From IMG/VR virus record IMGVR_UViG_2687453538_000001, positions 29,444-93,443 of that record: a DNA stretch of 64,000 nt; one strand, given 5' to 3'. Source of the DNA: a virus (taxonomy: Duplodnaviria > Caudoviricetes). The position numbers and the translations under genes were made by a program. Numbering within the stretch: position 1 is the first letter of the stretch; every line of letters begins with the position of its first letter. The notes beneath the pieces were generated by a model that worked only from the letters and a program-made list of their open reading frames with translations, had not been told where the DNA came from and ran no database searches. Shown piece after piece: positions 36,023 to 46,307 of this stretch.

Positions 36023-38034
36023 TTTGCCCTCACAATCATCGGTTCGTTGGTCTTGGGGTCAACCTGGATGCGGCCAGCGTTCAGCAGGTAGTACAGCCCG
36101 TCTTTCCCAGGCACTGGCGAAAGCGGCATGTCTTCGAGCTGGCCCAGTGGAAACTCGGTGCGCTTGGCCAAGCCTTCCAGCTCGATATCGACCACCTTGT
36201 CGAACAGCTTGTCGGACATTCCGTAGGGCTTGACGACCTTCTGCCCGGCGCGCTCGGTGATGCCACCGGTAACGAGCTCGACAGCCTTCTCAGTGGTCTT
36301 GCGGTCCGGGTCATCGCCCTGCTCATACGATTTTCCGGTCGATACCGCTGTGCTTGCGTACAGCGCCTTGAAGCCTTGATACGCCTGCTCTCGCTGCGTG
36401 GTGCCCGGCATCAGCGCCGTTCCCACATGGGCATCGAACGCTGCGCGCATCTTCTCTTCCTTGGGCATCGGCACGGACTTGTCGGCCAGGATCTTCTGGC
36501 CCTGCAGCAGCATCTTGGGCACGTCGGTGCCGTCAGCGCCTTTCAGGTCCTTGAACTTGGCCATGCCAGCAAGCACGGTGATCGGCTGGTCAGCCGCCAG
36601 CGGCTTGATGGCCGCCGCGTAATCGGCGCCAGTTGGCGCAGCAGCGGCCAGCGTGCCGAACACCTGCAGCTTGGTAGCGTCGTCAGCCTGTGCCAGTACC
36701 GCGGTCAACATCGCCTGCTCGCCGGGCTTCCACGGACTGCGCGCGACCTCAGGGCCGTAGGCCTTGCGCATCGAGTTCACCACGTCGTAACGCTGGCCCA
36801 ACTGTTCGGCCAGCTTGGCCTGGCCTTCCGGAGTGCCGATGCCGCTGATATCCAGCGGCGGCACGTCTTGCCCGGTGCGCATCGCGTTGAAGGTCAACGG
36901 GTCGTCGCGCATCATCTTGAGGTTTTTGTCGACGGCGGTCTGCAGACGGTTCAGGTTGCTGATCTGTGCGACAGAGCCGCCAGTCTCGGCGATCTGGCGG
37001 CGCTTGCTGTCCAGGTACTGCTGCTGCTCGAGCATCGGCTTGCGCAGTAATGCCTGAGACTCGTTCATTTCCTGCACGCGGGTGTTGTACTCCCCCGCCA
37101 TGGATGTTCCGGAAAGCGCAGAACGCCAGCGCTGCTGGTCTGCCACGGTCGGCGGAATGCCAGTGGCCGCCTGCCTGTCCATCTGCGCCAGTACGCGCTC
37201 GGCCTTCATCTCGCGCATTTCGGCCTGGCGCTGCTGATGCTCTTTCACCTGGTAGATCCTGCCAGTGACGGTGTTCAGCAACTGGTTGCGCTTCTCCGGA
37301 TCGAGCTTGTTGGCGTAGAAGCCATCGGCAGCGGTGAGGTCGTGCTCGATCTGTTGCAGGCTGCCCAGGCCATCGCGGGCCTGAACCACGCGCTGAGTGG
37401 CCTGGGTTGTCCAGTTCGCGTCCTTGGCCTCCTGCTTCTTGGCTGCCCACATCTCGCCGTACGCCAGACGCCCAGCCATGTCCACGTCTTCGCCATCCAG
37501 GCGGGCGTTCAGCTTGCCGATATCGGCGCCAGGCATGGCGGCTTCTTTGCCAAGCATGTCCAGCCGGGTGGCCATGTCGGCCTTGGCGGAATCAGCACGG
37601 GCGCCGATGGCCAGCTTGCGCACCCCTTCCTGACCGGCCAGCTGCAGCCGCTGCTGGGCCAGGCCCACGCCTTCCATCTCAGCTTCGGACAGCCCAGTCA
37701 CCTGCAGCGGCTCCAGCTTCGCCACCGCGCCCTGGTAGGCTTCCTCCAGCTTGTCGTGGCTCAAGGTGCCCAGTCGCACCTGCTCAGCCAAATCACTGTT
37801 GATGGTGCTAATCTGCGTCTCGCGCTCGAACAAGGCGTTGCTGGCCTTCACCCGGGCGAGCGCCTGGTCTTCCTTTTGCCGCTGATCGAGAACGCCCAGC
37901 GCTGTGCGCTGGACTGTGTCGGCGACCTGCTGTGCCCCGCGGGACTGCAGGCTTGGGTCCATGGTGATAACGCGGTTCTGCTGGGCTTCGGGCAGAACGC
38001 GGGCCACTGCTGGGCCAATCGGGATGGTTGCCAT
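36019..38034 (-). CDS. Internal virion / ejection protein
   Basis: 671-aa helical Ala/Gln-rich ORF. Confidence 0.68.
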   Translation of the reverse strand: MATIPIGPAVARVLPEAQQNRVITMDPSLQSRGAQQVADTVQRTALGVLDQRQKEDQALARVKASNALFERETQISTINSDLAEQVRLGTLSHDKLEEAYQGAVAKLEPLQVTGLSEAEMEGVGLAQQRLQLAGQEGVRKLAIGARADSAKADMATRLDMLGKEAAMPGADIGKLNARLDGEDVDMAGRLAYGEMWAAKKQEAKDANWTTQATQRVVQARDGLGSLQQIEHDLTAADGFYANKLDPEKRNQLLNTVTGRIYQVKEHQQRQAEMREMKAERVLAQMDRQAATGIPPTVADQQRWRSALSGTSMAGEYNTRVQEMNESQALLRKPMLEQQQYLDSKRRQIAETGGSVAQISNLNRLQTAVDKNLKMMRDDPLTFNAMRTGQDVPPLDISGIGTPEGQAKLAEQLGQRYDVVNSMRKAYGPEVARSPWKPGEQAMLTAVLAQADDATKLQVFGTLAAAAPTGADYAAAIKPLAADQPITVLAGMAKFKDLKGADGTDVPKMLLQGQKILADKSVPMPKEEKMRAAFDAHVGTALMPGTTQREQAYQGFKALYASTAVSTGKSYEQGDDPDRKTTEKAVELVTGGITERAGQKVVKPYGMSDKLFDKVVDIELEGLAKRTEFPLGQLEDMPLSPVPGKDGLYYLLNAGRIQVDPKTNEPMIVRAK

Positions 38035-38540
38035 CAGCCTGCTCCCCCTGGTTTCGATACGCTGCCGTTGCGACTCGCGGCGCTGGCCTTCCACATGCCG
38101 TACGAAGCGCCGGCCTGCAGCACGTTGCCGACGGCCTGTGAGTTGGCCGCCGACTTCTGCTGGCTGCCGTAGAGCCGCATGTTGCTGGCGTCGACGTAGC
38201 CGCGCTTGCGCTGTTCCTCTCCATTGAGGATGGTCATCACGGCATCTTCCTCGGCATTGCCGTAGATCTGCTCGTTGATGTTCAGCGCGGTGCCCTCGCC
38301 CACCTCGACGCCGGATGCTGCCAGCGCGGCGTTTGCCTCGCCTGCCTGGTTGCGGGCCATCTTGCGGATGCGATCGGCCTGCACTCGGGCAGCGCTTGCA
38401 GCGTTGTCAGCATCGATCTGTGCCTGCTCCGACTGGGCGCTGGCGTTGAGCTGAGACTGCCGACCCTGCTGAATCGTGTTGTACGTCGAGTAGGCGGTTG
38501 CCGCAGCCATAGCCGCGAGCGCAGCCGTTTCAATTCCCAT
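38034..38540 (-). CDS. Small ejection protein
   Basis: Hydrophobic N-terminus, LAASGVEVGEGT. Confidence 0.65.
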   Translation of the reverse strand: MGIETAALAAMAAATAYSTYNTIQQGRQSQLNASAQSEQAQIDADNAASAARVQADRIRKMARNQAGEANAALAASGVEVGEGTALNINEQIYGNAEEDAVMTILNGEEQRKRGYVDASNMRLYGSQQKSAANSQAVGNVLQAGASYGMWKASAASRNGSVSKPGGAG

Positions 38541-38985
38541 GATCAACCTCCATCGTAAAGAGCGGGCCCACGTACTTGAAACCAAGGCGCGTGTAGAGCC
38601 TGGTGGTGCCATCGGTGTTGATACCCGTGGTGATACCCATGTGGATGTGCTTGGCGCCCTTGGCCTTGGCCCAGTGCTGGAACGCCAGGATCAGCTTCAA
38701 GGCGATCACCCCTTGGCGCTTGCCGGGCTCGATGAACAGCGAGTAGTCGTAAGCCAGCAGGTCGTCGCTGAACCACTGCTCGGTCACAGCGCCAGCGAAC
38801 CCTCCAACCACCTCACCGCTGACCTCGGCGGCGAACACCACCCCATAGCCATCGATCAGTTGCCCAAGGAAGTGCGCCACCTTGTCCGGATTGAACGAGG
38901 TGGCGGCGTACGTGCTGGTGTCATGCAGCAAAGTCCCCAGCTCAACCAACCGGGGAATGTCAGCGTGTGTTGCTGGACGGATCAT
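38530..38985 (-). CDS. GNAT-fold protein in the virion module
   Basis: MIRPATHADIP...LFIEPGKRQG...LYTRLGF. Confidence 0.8.
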   Translation of the reverse strand: MIRPATHADIPRLVELGTLLHDTSTYAATSFNPDKVAHFLGQLIDGYGVVFAAEVSGEVVGGFAGAVTEQWFSDDLLAYDYSLFIEPGKRQGVIALKLILAFQHWAKAKGAKHIHMGITTGINTDGTTRLYTRLGFKYVGPLFTMEVDHGN

Positions 38986-38994
38986 GGGGAGCCC

Positions 38995-41157
38995 TCAGTC
39001 GTTGATGGTCATCTTCTTGATGACGCAGAGCACGTGGAATGGCAGCGGCTGGTCTTGGATGATCTCCAGCTGGGCGCTACCACGGTCCCAGCTGAGGTTC
39101 TCGAGGCGCTTTTCACCAGTGAACAGCGGTGGGGCCTGGTCAAGCACATCCTCCCCAAGGTTGCGGAAGCTGATGGTCTGCTCTACGCCTTGCCCCTTAA
39201 GCTTGCAGCCGGTGGTCTCAAGGAAGCGGATGGTCACCTCGCCAATTCGCATGCTGTTGCCCTGAGCGCTTCCAGCGCCGCCCATGACTTCCGGGGTCAA
39301 GGTCTTGATCCTGCTGGAGAAGTGAAGACCCGCCTGAATGTTATTGGCCGTGCGCGGCAAGGTGATCTGGCCACCGACCACAGTCTGTTGCTGCATGACA
39401 ACGCCGTCAGCGACGATATCAAGGGTCTTGCCTTCCAGGTGCCCAAGGCCGCCCCAGGTCGCCTGGCCTGCCTCACTGCTGGCGAATATGCCGTCATCGA
39501 CCTGGCAGCCCTCAACGAAGCGCTCGATGTGCCGCACGTTCTGGCCATTGATGGTTCGGCGCACAACGGCCCACACCTGATCACCACCCTCGACAGGGAT
39601 CGCTGCCACCGATTCAAAGGCGCCATCAGTGATCTGCCTGGCCCAGCCGACAACATCCTGGTCACGATCCACTGTCATGGTGGCGAGCACGCCATCAGAC
39701 CGAGCGGCGAAAAGGATGCTCTCCGGCTCCTGCTGGTAGGCCATGGACACCACCCCGGACTTGGTCGCGTGCTCGGACAGCACGGACATATCTGGCGAGC
39801 CGTAGGCATCCGAGTCGTACTTGTAGGCCATGGCGCGCAGCTTGCGGCCGGCGCGCTGGACGAAGTACAGCTCGTTGCCGATGCGGATCGGGCGCACGCG
39901 GTTGCAGCCATAGACCGACTGATTCTTCACCTGGATGTTTGTGGGGGTGATCGGCTTCTCGATGCCGCCCGTGATGGTGAACTCGCCGCCGTAGGTCAGC
40001 GCAACCAGGGTCTTGACCTGCGACAGGTGCAGGATCGGGTTGATCTGATCCGACGACACGGTGAACGAGGTGGCGTCGTCATCCTTGGTGCCCAGTTCGA
40101 AGTTCAGCGACTCACCGGTCTTGGAAGCCCATATGGTCTGCGGGAAGTTCGGCGACCCACCAACATGCAAACGCTGCTCGAACAGCGTGCCGGTACCAGG
40201 GTATCCATCCACGGGATTCCATACGCTGGCCTCAAGCGACCATGCGTTGGCAGGCGATGCCGTGGCAGACGTGGGCGCAGAACGGATCACACCCGACACA
40301 ACGGTCGGGCTGGTGTAGGTGGTGATCTCCAGCAGGCCGCCGTTGATCTTGACGAACTTGCCCACGTCAGCCGCGCGCCAGCCGTCAGTTGCCAGCGTCA
40401 TGGTCACGATCGCCCCGACCGGTGTTGCAGCGCCCAAGGTATTGGCTGCCTGCGGGCTGCCCTTGAGCGACCAGCTAGGGCGGGTTGCGGATGGGAAAGC
40501 GTTCAGCACTTCGACGGTGGCCACGGTCGAGCTTGTCACGGCGGTGATCTTGGCCACGCCAGAGCCGGACCAGACTTCGCGCCCAACGTCAGAGGCCAGG
40601 AAGATCACAGCTGCCGACGTAAGCGTGCGGCCCACACCTACCGACGGGTCGCTCAGGGTCATGGCGGTGGCAACATCGATGCCGCGCTCTGCGAACGGCT
40701 TGGTGACAAAGGGCGCAGGGGCCAGGCTCCACTCGGTGTTCGTGATCCGGCGCAGACGGTTGATCTCCACGCCGTTGTGGAAGACGAACATGGTGTCGGC
40801 ACCCTGGACATACTCGAGCTGCCCCAGCAGGGTCTGGCCGTATGGGCTCACCAGTTCAACCCCGGAGTAGCTGCCGTCGGGGAAGTGAATCCGCACATAC
40901 AGGTCACCGAACTCGATCATGTACGCCTGCAGCGTGTTGAACACATACGGGATCAGGATCGTCTTCCGGTCCGGGTACTTACATGGGCTGCAGTGCAGCG
41001 TGCCGTAGCGGCGAACTCCACCACCGTGCACAACAGGCCAGCAGTTCTCCATGATCTCGGCGCCGTTCTGGTACCGGGCAATATCGGTTCGGCCAAGCAT
41101 CCGGGGCGACAGTTCGCCCGCGGTGAAGTTGGTCTGGTTGAGCGTCAGGCGCGCCAT
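38995..41157 (-). CDS. Tail tubular protein B (nozzle)
   Basis: QTNFTAGELSP N-terminus, 720 aa beta-rich. Confidence 0.82.
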   Translation of the reverse strand: MARLTLNQTNFTAGELSPRMLGRTDIARYQNGAEIMENCWPVVHGGGVRRYGTLHCSPCKYPDRKTILIPYVFNTLQAYMIEFGDLYVRIHFPDGSYSGVELVSPYGQTLLGQLEYVQGADTMFVFHNGVEINRLRRITNTEWSLAPAPFVTKPFAERGIDVATAMTLSDPSVGVGRTLTSAAVIFLASDVGREVWSGSGVAKITAVTSSTVATVEVLNAFPSATRPSWSLKGSPQAANTLGAATPVGAIVTMTLATDGWRAADVGKFVKINGGLLEITTYTSPTVVSGVIRSAPTSATASPANAWSLEASVWNPVDGYPGTGTLFEQRLHVGGSPNFPQTIWASKTGESLNFELGTKDDDATSFTVSSDQINPILHLSQVKTLVALTYGGEFTITGGIEKPITPTNIQVKNQSVYGCNRVRPIRIGNELYFVQRAGRKLRAMAYKYDSDAYGSPDMSVLSEHATKSGVVSMAYQQEPESILFAARSDGVLATMTVDRDQDVVGWARQITDGAFESVAAIPVEGGDQVWAVVRRTINGQNVRHIERFVEGCQVDDGIFASSEAGQATWGGLGHLEGKTLDIVADGVVMQQQTVVGGQITLPRTANNIQAGLHFSSRIKTLTPEVMGGAGSAQGNSMRIGEVTIRFLETTGCKLKGQGVEQTISFRNLGEDVLDQAPPLFTGEKRLENLSWDRGSAQLEIIQDQPLPFHVLCVIKKMTIND

Positions 41158-41753
41158 CAGAAAATCCCCCAGCCATTGCCGAAGCGCGAGGCCAGCAGGT
41201 GCTCATTGCCCAGGGTCTGCGGTGGGTCTTCTTGACCATCGGCTGCCTTGGCCTGGCGGAACAGTTGCGCCAGCTTCTGCTCGCGGCTGTCGCGCTCCGA
41301 TGTGGACTGAGTCACCGGGTAAGCCAGAACGGCGGCCATGGCAGCAGTCATGAGGTCAACCAGGTGCGAATCCCACGTCGCCTCCACCTCGTTGCGGAAC
41401 ACATAGCGCAGTTCAAGCACCATGGTGTCGGCCTGGATGGTCCGCCGCTCAACCAGGTAGTCGATCTGGCAGCCCCCCGTGCCGACCTCCAGCACACGCA
41501 GGCAATCGGCGGGCAGCTCGAACGCGCTGGAGTAGCCGAAGGGCGGAGCTTCTGCCAACGGCGCCAGAACCACGCGCTTTATGCAGCAGTTCCAGGGATG
41601 GGCGCGCAGGATGCTGTCACGCTGGGAGGGATAGAGGTTCGCGCACAGCTTGGCGCGGTCCAGGTTCTGCGAGTCCTGGAAGTCGTTGATGGTCTGAGCA
41701 CCCAGCATCAAGAGCGCGTTGGAGCAGATCGAAACACCGGTTGCCATTGCCAT
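41157..41753 (-). CDS. Tail tubular protein A (adaptor)
   Basis: ICSNALLMLG...HPWNC...LPADCLR. Confidence 0.82.
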   Translation of the reverse strand: MAMATGVSICSNALLMLGAQTINDFQDSQNLDRAKLCANLYPSQRDSILRAHPWNCCIKRVVLAPLAEAPPFGYSSAFELPADCLRVLEVGTGGCQIDYLVERRTIQADTMVLELRYVFRNEVEATWDSHLVDLMTAAMAAVLAYPVTQSTSERDSREQKLAQLFRQAKAADGQEDPPQTLGNEHLLASRFGNGWGIF

Positions 41754-41767
41754 GCCTTGTGTCTCCG

Positions 41768-41797
41768 GAAAAAAAGACCGGGGCGCTAGGCCCCGGC
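41768..41797 (-). terminator. Intrinsic terminator after the capsid genes
   Basis: GCCGGGGC-CTA-GCGCCCCGGTC followed by T7. Confidence 0.7.
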
Positions 41798-41826
41798 AAG
41801 TGAAACGACGTCCATGTCAGCCCTGA

Positions 41827-42291
41827 TCAGTTCTGCTGGGCGTACTGCGCAACCAGGGTGATGACCTGGCCGGCCTGCAGGGCTGCACCAGCCACTACCG
41901 AACGCAGCTCGCTTTGGTCGGTTGCCTGGCCGGGAGCCACAACCGCCACGTCGAACAGCGCGCCGTTGGCGAACTGCGCCTCGGCGGTGGCGCTGCCTGC
42001 GGTGGCTACAGAGGTGGCAGCCAGATACCGTGCCGGGACCACCGGGTCGCCCAGGTTGAGGGTGGAAGAAGCCGCGCCTGCGTTGCAGTAGATCTTGGTG
42101 GTTGGCATCAGGCGCGCACCGAAGGGCAGGAAGCCCCACGAGATGTATTCGCCGATGCCTGGGCCGCCAGATGCGGGCACGGTGTAGGTGCTGACGAACA
42201 CTTGAATGTCGCCGCCCTGCAGGTTGGGTTTGGTGAGGGTCTGCGGGTAAGCCGTGCGGGCCGCCGCCAGAGAACCGTTGCCGTTTGCCAT
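41827..42291 (-). CDS. Probable capsid decoration protein
   Basis: 154 aa, beta/Ala-rich, follows the capsid gene. Confidence 0.6.
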   Translation of the reverse strand: MANGNGSLAAARTAYPQTLTKPNLQGGDIQVFVSTYTVPASGGPGIGEYISWGFLPFGARLMPTTKIYCNAGAASSTLNLGDPVVPARYLAATSVATAGSATAEAQFANGALFDVAVVAPGQATDQSELRSVVAGAALQAGQVITLVAQYAQQN

Positions 42292-42336
42292 GGTGTTACT
42301 CCTGAATGGGGTTGAGGACGAGAACAGCGAAGACCC

Positions 42337-43203
42337 TTACGGGTCGTTCGCAGCGATCTCGACGACCTTCTCTTCTTCCACGCGGACAGCGCCCAGGCTC
42401 TGCTTGGCGTAGATCCGGACGTTGAAGCCCTTGCCAGGATCCTTGCCCACCTCGGTGGTAATGTCCTTGCCCTTGCCAAGCACCACGCCAGACTTGGTCC
42501 AGGCGTAGCAGAATCGGGTGCTCCCGGTCTTCGGCAGGCGCTCAGAAGGAATCCAGCGGAAGCCCATCCAGGTGCCCTTGAGCGTGCCTTCCTGGAGCAT
42601 CTTCACGCTCATGAAGTCCGCGCTGGTCAGGGTGGTGTCAGCCAGAATGTCCACCAGGGCGTTGGCGTGGTAGGCCATGTACAGTTCTTCGCCGGCTTCC
42701 TCGTCAGCCTCGTTCAGGCGGAAGATCTTCTTGGCCTGGATGATCTTGGCCTTGGTCAGGCCGGTACCACCCACGGCGATCTTCTGCGAAGCAGGAAGGA
42801 TCACGCTGCCGGTAGCGCTCGAGCGAGCGGGACCACCGAAGGCCGAGATAATGACGTCGTCCTTGGCGCGGTTCATGCCAGAAACCATGGCCTGGACGTA
42901 GTCCGAGGTGGGGTCAACCAGCATGCGGATCTTGTCCTGGTCGTCGACCATGTCGCCGTCTTCCCAGTCGTAGAGGTCCACGAACCGGGTGCTGTGCGGT
43001 TGGTCATTGATCGGCGTGTCGCCGTGGCGCTGGGTGCGGCGTTGCGCGGTGCGCTGGCCGAGGCGGTTCACGGACTTGGACATGCCCACGATGTTGGGCT
43101 CGATGGTCACCGCCCCTTCGAAGCGGGACATTTTCTGCTGCGCGACGTGCTTGAAGTTGTCAGCGAACTGCTGCACGAACGCTTCGGTGATTTGCTGGGA
43201 CAT
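42337..43203 (-). CDS. Major capsid protein
   Basis: MSQQITEAFVQQF...RAKDDVII...GAVRVEEEKVV. Confidence 0.88.
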   Translation of the reverse strand: MSQQITEAFVQQFADNFKHVAQQKMSRFEGAVTIEPNIVGMSKSVNRLGQRTAQRRTQRHGDTPINDQPHSTRFVDLYDWEDGDMVDDQDKIRMLVDPTSDYVQAMVSGMNRAKDDVIISAFGGPARSSATGSVILPASQKIAVGGTGLTKAKIIQAKKIFRLNEADEEAGEELYMAYHANALVDILADTTLTSADFMSVKMLQEGTLKGTWMGFRWIPSERLPKTGSTRFCYAWTKSGVVLGKGKDITTEVGKDPGKGFNVRIYAKQSLGAVRVEEEKVVEIAANDP

Positions 43204-43377
43204 ACGATGCACTCCAATGCGGATTCGGGATTGCCTTGCCGGGTGTCCGCTGGGCGGGCCGGGATTCCTGGCGTGCATCGGCATTGCTGCGCCTGGGGCG
43301 TTCCGGGTATCTGCGCGCCACCGCAGGCCGGCCCGGTATTGCTACCGGGATGCCTGTGATGGTCGGAGTTGCGGGGT

Positions 43378-43391
43378 GTCGGTTTCCCGAC
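43378..43391 (-). promoter_or_regulatory. Late-promoter palindrome copy, upstream of capsid
   Basis: GTCGGTTTCCCGAC. Confidence 0.72.
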
Positions 43392-43407
43392 TATTTGGCT
43401 GGAGCGC

Positions 43408-44244
43408 TTACGCGCCAAAGGTGCGGGAGGCTGGCTTGTTGTACTTGGCTGCGTACAACTGATCGAGCTGGCCTTGGATTTGGGCACGCTTGGGATCGTG
43501 CGCCGGGAGGTCCTGCAACTGCTGGCGAAGCTCAGCAGTCTTGACGTTGAAGTCCTGTTCGCTCACCACGCCCTGACTGATCAGCGTGTCTTCGGCCAGC
43601 TCCTTGCCGATGTTGGCGGTGAATGCGATGAAGTCAGGGTCGTTGCCATACTTCGCCATCAGCGCCTGGAAGTTGCCGGGCTGACCCTCGGGGCTCGCGA
43701 ACGACTCGGCGGCGCGATACGAGGCCTGCACTCCTGACTTGTAGGTTTGGTCATCAGGCCATACCGCCTTGAGCGCGGTGGTGCAGTCCTGCTGGCTGAG
43801 CTGCACGCCGCCTTCGACCAAGCCAGGCGCCGCCTTCAAGTACTCGCCGATCACATACTCGACCTGGGCGTTGGTCATGCCCTTGGCATGGGCCCCCTTG
43901 AGGAACGACTGAGTGTTCTCGTCGGCCTTGAACTCTTCCCAGTTGAAGCCCTCGACGCCTTCAAGCTTGACGCTGTACTCGCCGGCGTCCTTGGGTGGTG
44001 CATCGCCAGTGCCCAGGCGCGTCTCCAGCTGCTTGTAGCCCTCGGCAATCTTCCGCGACGATGCTTCAAGATCAAGGCTGCCGTCCTCCTTGTTGGTGCG
44101 GTACTTCTCGGGGAGCCAGTCGGTATTGGCGCCGCCTGCCATGACAGAGGCCGCTGGTGGTGCAGCGCCGCCGCCCGGGTCGCCGCCATCGCCTGCTTCG
44201 TTGCACAGGAAGTGGCCGAGACGGCCATGGATGAACAGGTTCAT
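43408..44244 (-). CDS. Capsid scaffolding protein
   Basis: Between portal and capsid; WLPEKY, GNDPDFI. Confidence 0.7.
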   Translation of the reverse strand: MNLFIHGRLGHFLCNEAGDGGDPGGGAAPPAASVMAGGANTDWLPEKYRTNKEDGSLDLEASSRKIAEGYKQLETRLGTGDAPPKDAGEYSVKLEGVEGFNWEEFKADENTQSFLKGAHAKGMTNAQVEYVIGEYLKAAPGLVEGGVQLSQQDCTTALKAVWPDDQTYKSGVQASYRAAESFASPEGQPGNFQALMAKYGNDPDFIAFTANIGKELAEDTLISQGVVSEQDFNVKTAELRQQLQDLPAHDPKRAQIQGQLDQLYAAKYNKPASRTFGA

Positions 44245-44246
44245 CG

Positions 44247-44489
44247 TTATTCCTCTTCGGGTTGGTCTTGCACGCCATTGGCGCGGTTGATGCGGCGCAG
44301 TATGTGGTCGAGCACCTCGCGGTGCCCGGCCTGCAGGTAGGTGCGCAGGACAGCGTCAATGCCGCCCACGGTTACTGCGTTCTTGCTGAACTTCTGTACC
44401 AGTTGATCAAGCACAATCACGCCCTCGGCGTGCTGCTCGAAGACGCGCTTGAACATGTCGTCCAGTTGCTCGGATGTGTACTGAGTCAC
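44247..44489 (-). CDS. Bbp19-like hypothetical protein
   Basis: FKRVF...EG..VL..L...G.REVL..I. Confidence 0.65.
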   Translation of the reverse strand: MTQYTSEQLDDMFKRVFEQHAEGVIVLDQLVQKFSKNAVTVGGIDAVLRTYLQAGHREVLDHILRRINRANGVQDQPEEE

Positions 44490-46102
44490 GCTGCTGCCCC
44501 CGGTGCTTGTTTAAGTGCGGCCTGGCCAACCATCTGCTGCATGGCCTGCTCTTGCTGCTGCTCCTGCGCTGCCTGCATTGCCTGCGCCCGCTCGTCACGC
44601 ACCCGCTGAACGTCAGCCTTGCTGCGCATGACCTCGGACGGAACGCCCAGGGCTTCACCACGGAACCGTGCTGCGGCATCGAAATCGACGTTGTCCATGG
44701 CGTCAGGCTGGCCACCGGCTTCGGCCTGGGCCTTGGCAGCCATGGCGCACCCGGCGACGTACTGGTCGATTGCGGTGACCTCTTCCAGCTTCTGCGCCCT
44801 GGCCAGCGGCGACAGGTAGCGGACGGTGTACGGGCGACCGGCCAGCGACTCTGGCGGCTGACCCAAGATCCCGGCGCGCATGGCGATGCCGAAGCAGCGC
44901 TCGATCAGTGGTTGCAGGTACTCGGTCTGCAGGCGGCCATAGACCGGGCCCAGCAGCTGACGGATCAGGCTGACCCGGGCGTGCACCTCGGTTGCGGTCA
45001 TTGCTGGGCCGTTCTGGTCGCGCAGTTGGTCGGCCATCATCACCTTGCGGATGGCCATCTGCAGGCGAACGATGCGGCTATCGCTGTAGTTGAAGTTCGA
45101 TCCGCTCTGCAGTGGCTTCATGCTGTCGACCGAGTTGGCCACGATGATCTTGCGCGGGCCGACCTTCACGGTGCGAGGGTTGAGCACCCCATCATCTTCG
45201 GCGATCCACATGCCAGCGATAGCCAGGTCAGCCGCGGCCATGTCCATGCGTACCATCTCGTTGAGCATGCGCGCATCGGGAAGGGCCTCGGCCACCGGCC
45301 CGGTGGCATACACGCTGTCCGGAATCATCATCCAGCGCGGGACTACCACCGGCATCTCGTGGTAGCCCGACTCGCTTACCAACTTCTTGGCTACCACCTC
45401 GACCTTGCAGCTGGCGATCGGCATGTTCTTGGCCAGGCGGGCACCGACCATGTGGGTGGTGCGCGGGTAGATGGCGTGGACGAACTCGACCAGATCCTGC
45501 GGCTTGTCCTTGGCCAGCTTGCGGGTAGTCTCGCTCACGTTGCCTTCGCCGAACTCGTTGATGGCCTGCTCGGCTGTCAGCTTGTACGAGCGGTAAACGG
45601 TATCGATCCTGCCGCCCGGCTTCGATGCCGAGCAGTAGACGCCGGAGATCGGCCACAGGTCGAAGCTGTAGCCGCCCTTCTCCCGGTCCTGGTCGATGTG
45701 CAGGGCGAACCAGCCAGCGCACACCACGTCGAGCAGGCCCTCGAATGCGGCCGAGTCGAAGTTCGATGCGTGGATGTTCTCCCAAATGATCTCGGCGGAA
45801 TCGCCAAGCCAGCGGCGTTCGTCCTCGGTGGAGTTGGCAACGTCCATGCCGAACCACAGCGAGTTGGCCGGCGTCATGCCGGCCTGCACGGACGATGACA
45901 GCGTGCGTGCGGCGTCGGTGGTGGTGCCGTCGAAGATCCGCGCCTTGCGGTTCAGCGCCTCTTGAGCGCTCATCATCTCGCAATAGAACCCATTGCCACG
46001 CACCGGGTAGGTGTGGTCGTAGCAGTCGCGCCAGACCTGCTCATGCGGGCTGCGCAGCGACTTGAGCGTGCTCAGTGTCTTGCAGATCTGGTCAGCGTTC
46101 AT
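44486..46102 (-). CDS. Podoviral portal (head-tail connector)
   Basis: VPRW...YATGP...ALPD, MTATEV, YLSPLARAQ. Confidence 0.92.
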   Translation of the reverse strand: MNADQICKTLSTLKSLRSPHEQVWRDCYDHTYPVRGNGFYCEMMSAQEALNRKARIFDGTTTDAARTLSSSVQAGMTPANSLWFGMDVANSTEDERRWLGDSAEIIWENIHASNFDSAAFEGLLDVVCAGWFALHIDQDREKGGYSFDLWPISGVYCSASKPGGRIDTVYRSYKLTAEQAINEFGEGNVSETTRKLAKDKPQDLVEFVHAIYPRTTHMVGARLAKNMPIASCKVEVVAKKLVSESGYHEMPVVVPRWMMIPDSVYATGPVAEALPDARMLNEMVRMDMAAADLAIAGMWIAEDDGVLNPRTVKVGPRKIIVANSVDSMKPLQSGSNFNYSDSRIVRLQMAIRKVMMADQLRDQNGPAMTATEVHARVSLIRQLLGPVYGRLQTEYLQPLIERCFGIAMRAGILGQPPESLAGRPYTVRYLSPLARAQKLEEVTAIDQYVAGCAMAAKAQAEAGGQPDAMDNVDFDAAARFRGEALGVPSEVMRSKADVQRVRDERAQAMQAAQEQQQEQAMQQMVGQAALKQAPGAAA

Positions 46103-46302
46103 GCCCCGAGGGTCCTTTTTCCTTGCTCAATGACGGTGCCCGCGGCGCCTGCCTGGGAAAGCAGGCTGCTGCGCTGCTTCTTGGCGCGCGCTGCGGCGGT
46201 TTCCTCGTTGGCCTTCTTGGCTGCTTCGTCAGCCGCTTTCTGTGCGGTGACAGCAGGGTCTTCGGCCTGGACAACCTTGGGCTTGCTTGGCTTCGATCCC
46301 AT
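46099..46302 (-). CDS. Small hypothetical protein
   Basis: AAGGAG RBS; overlaps the portal start. Confidence 0.65.
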   Translation of the reverse strand: MGSKPSKPKVVQAEDPAVTAQKAADEAAKKANEETAAARAKKQRSSLLSQAGAAGTVIEQGKRTLGA

Positions 46303-46307
46303 GGCGG

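Noticed and set aside
31081-41235. Long plus-strand ORFs (31081..33570, 38539..41235 and others)
   Set aside because: Antisense shadows of GC-rich structural genes, with no motifs or RBS
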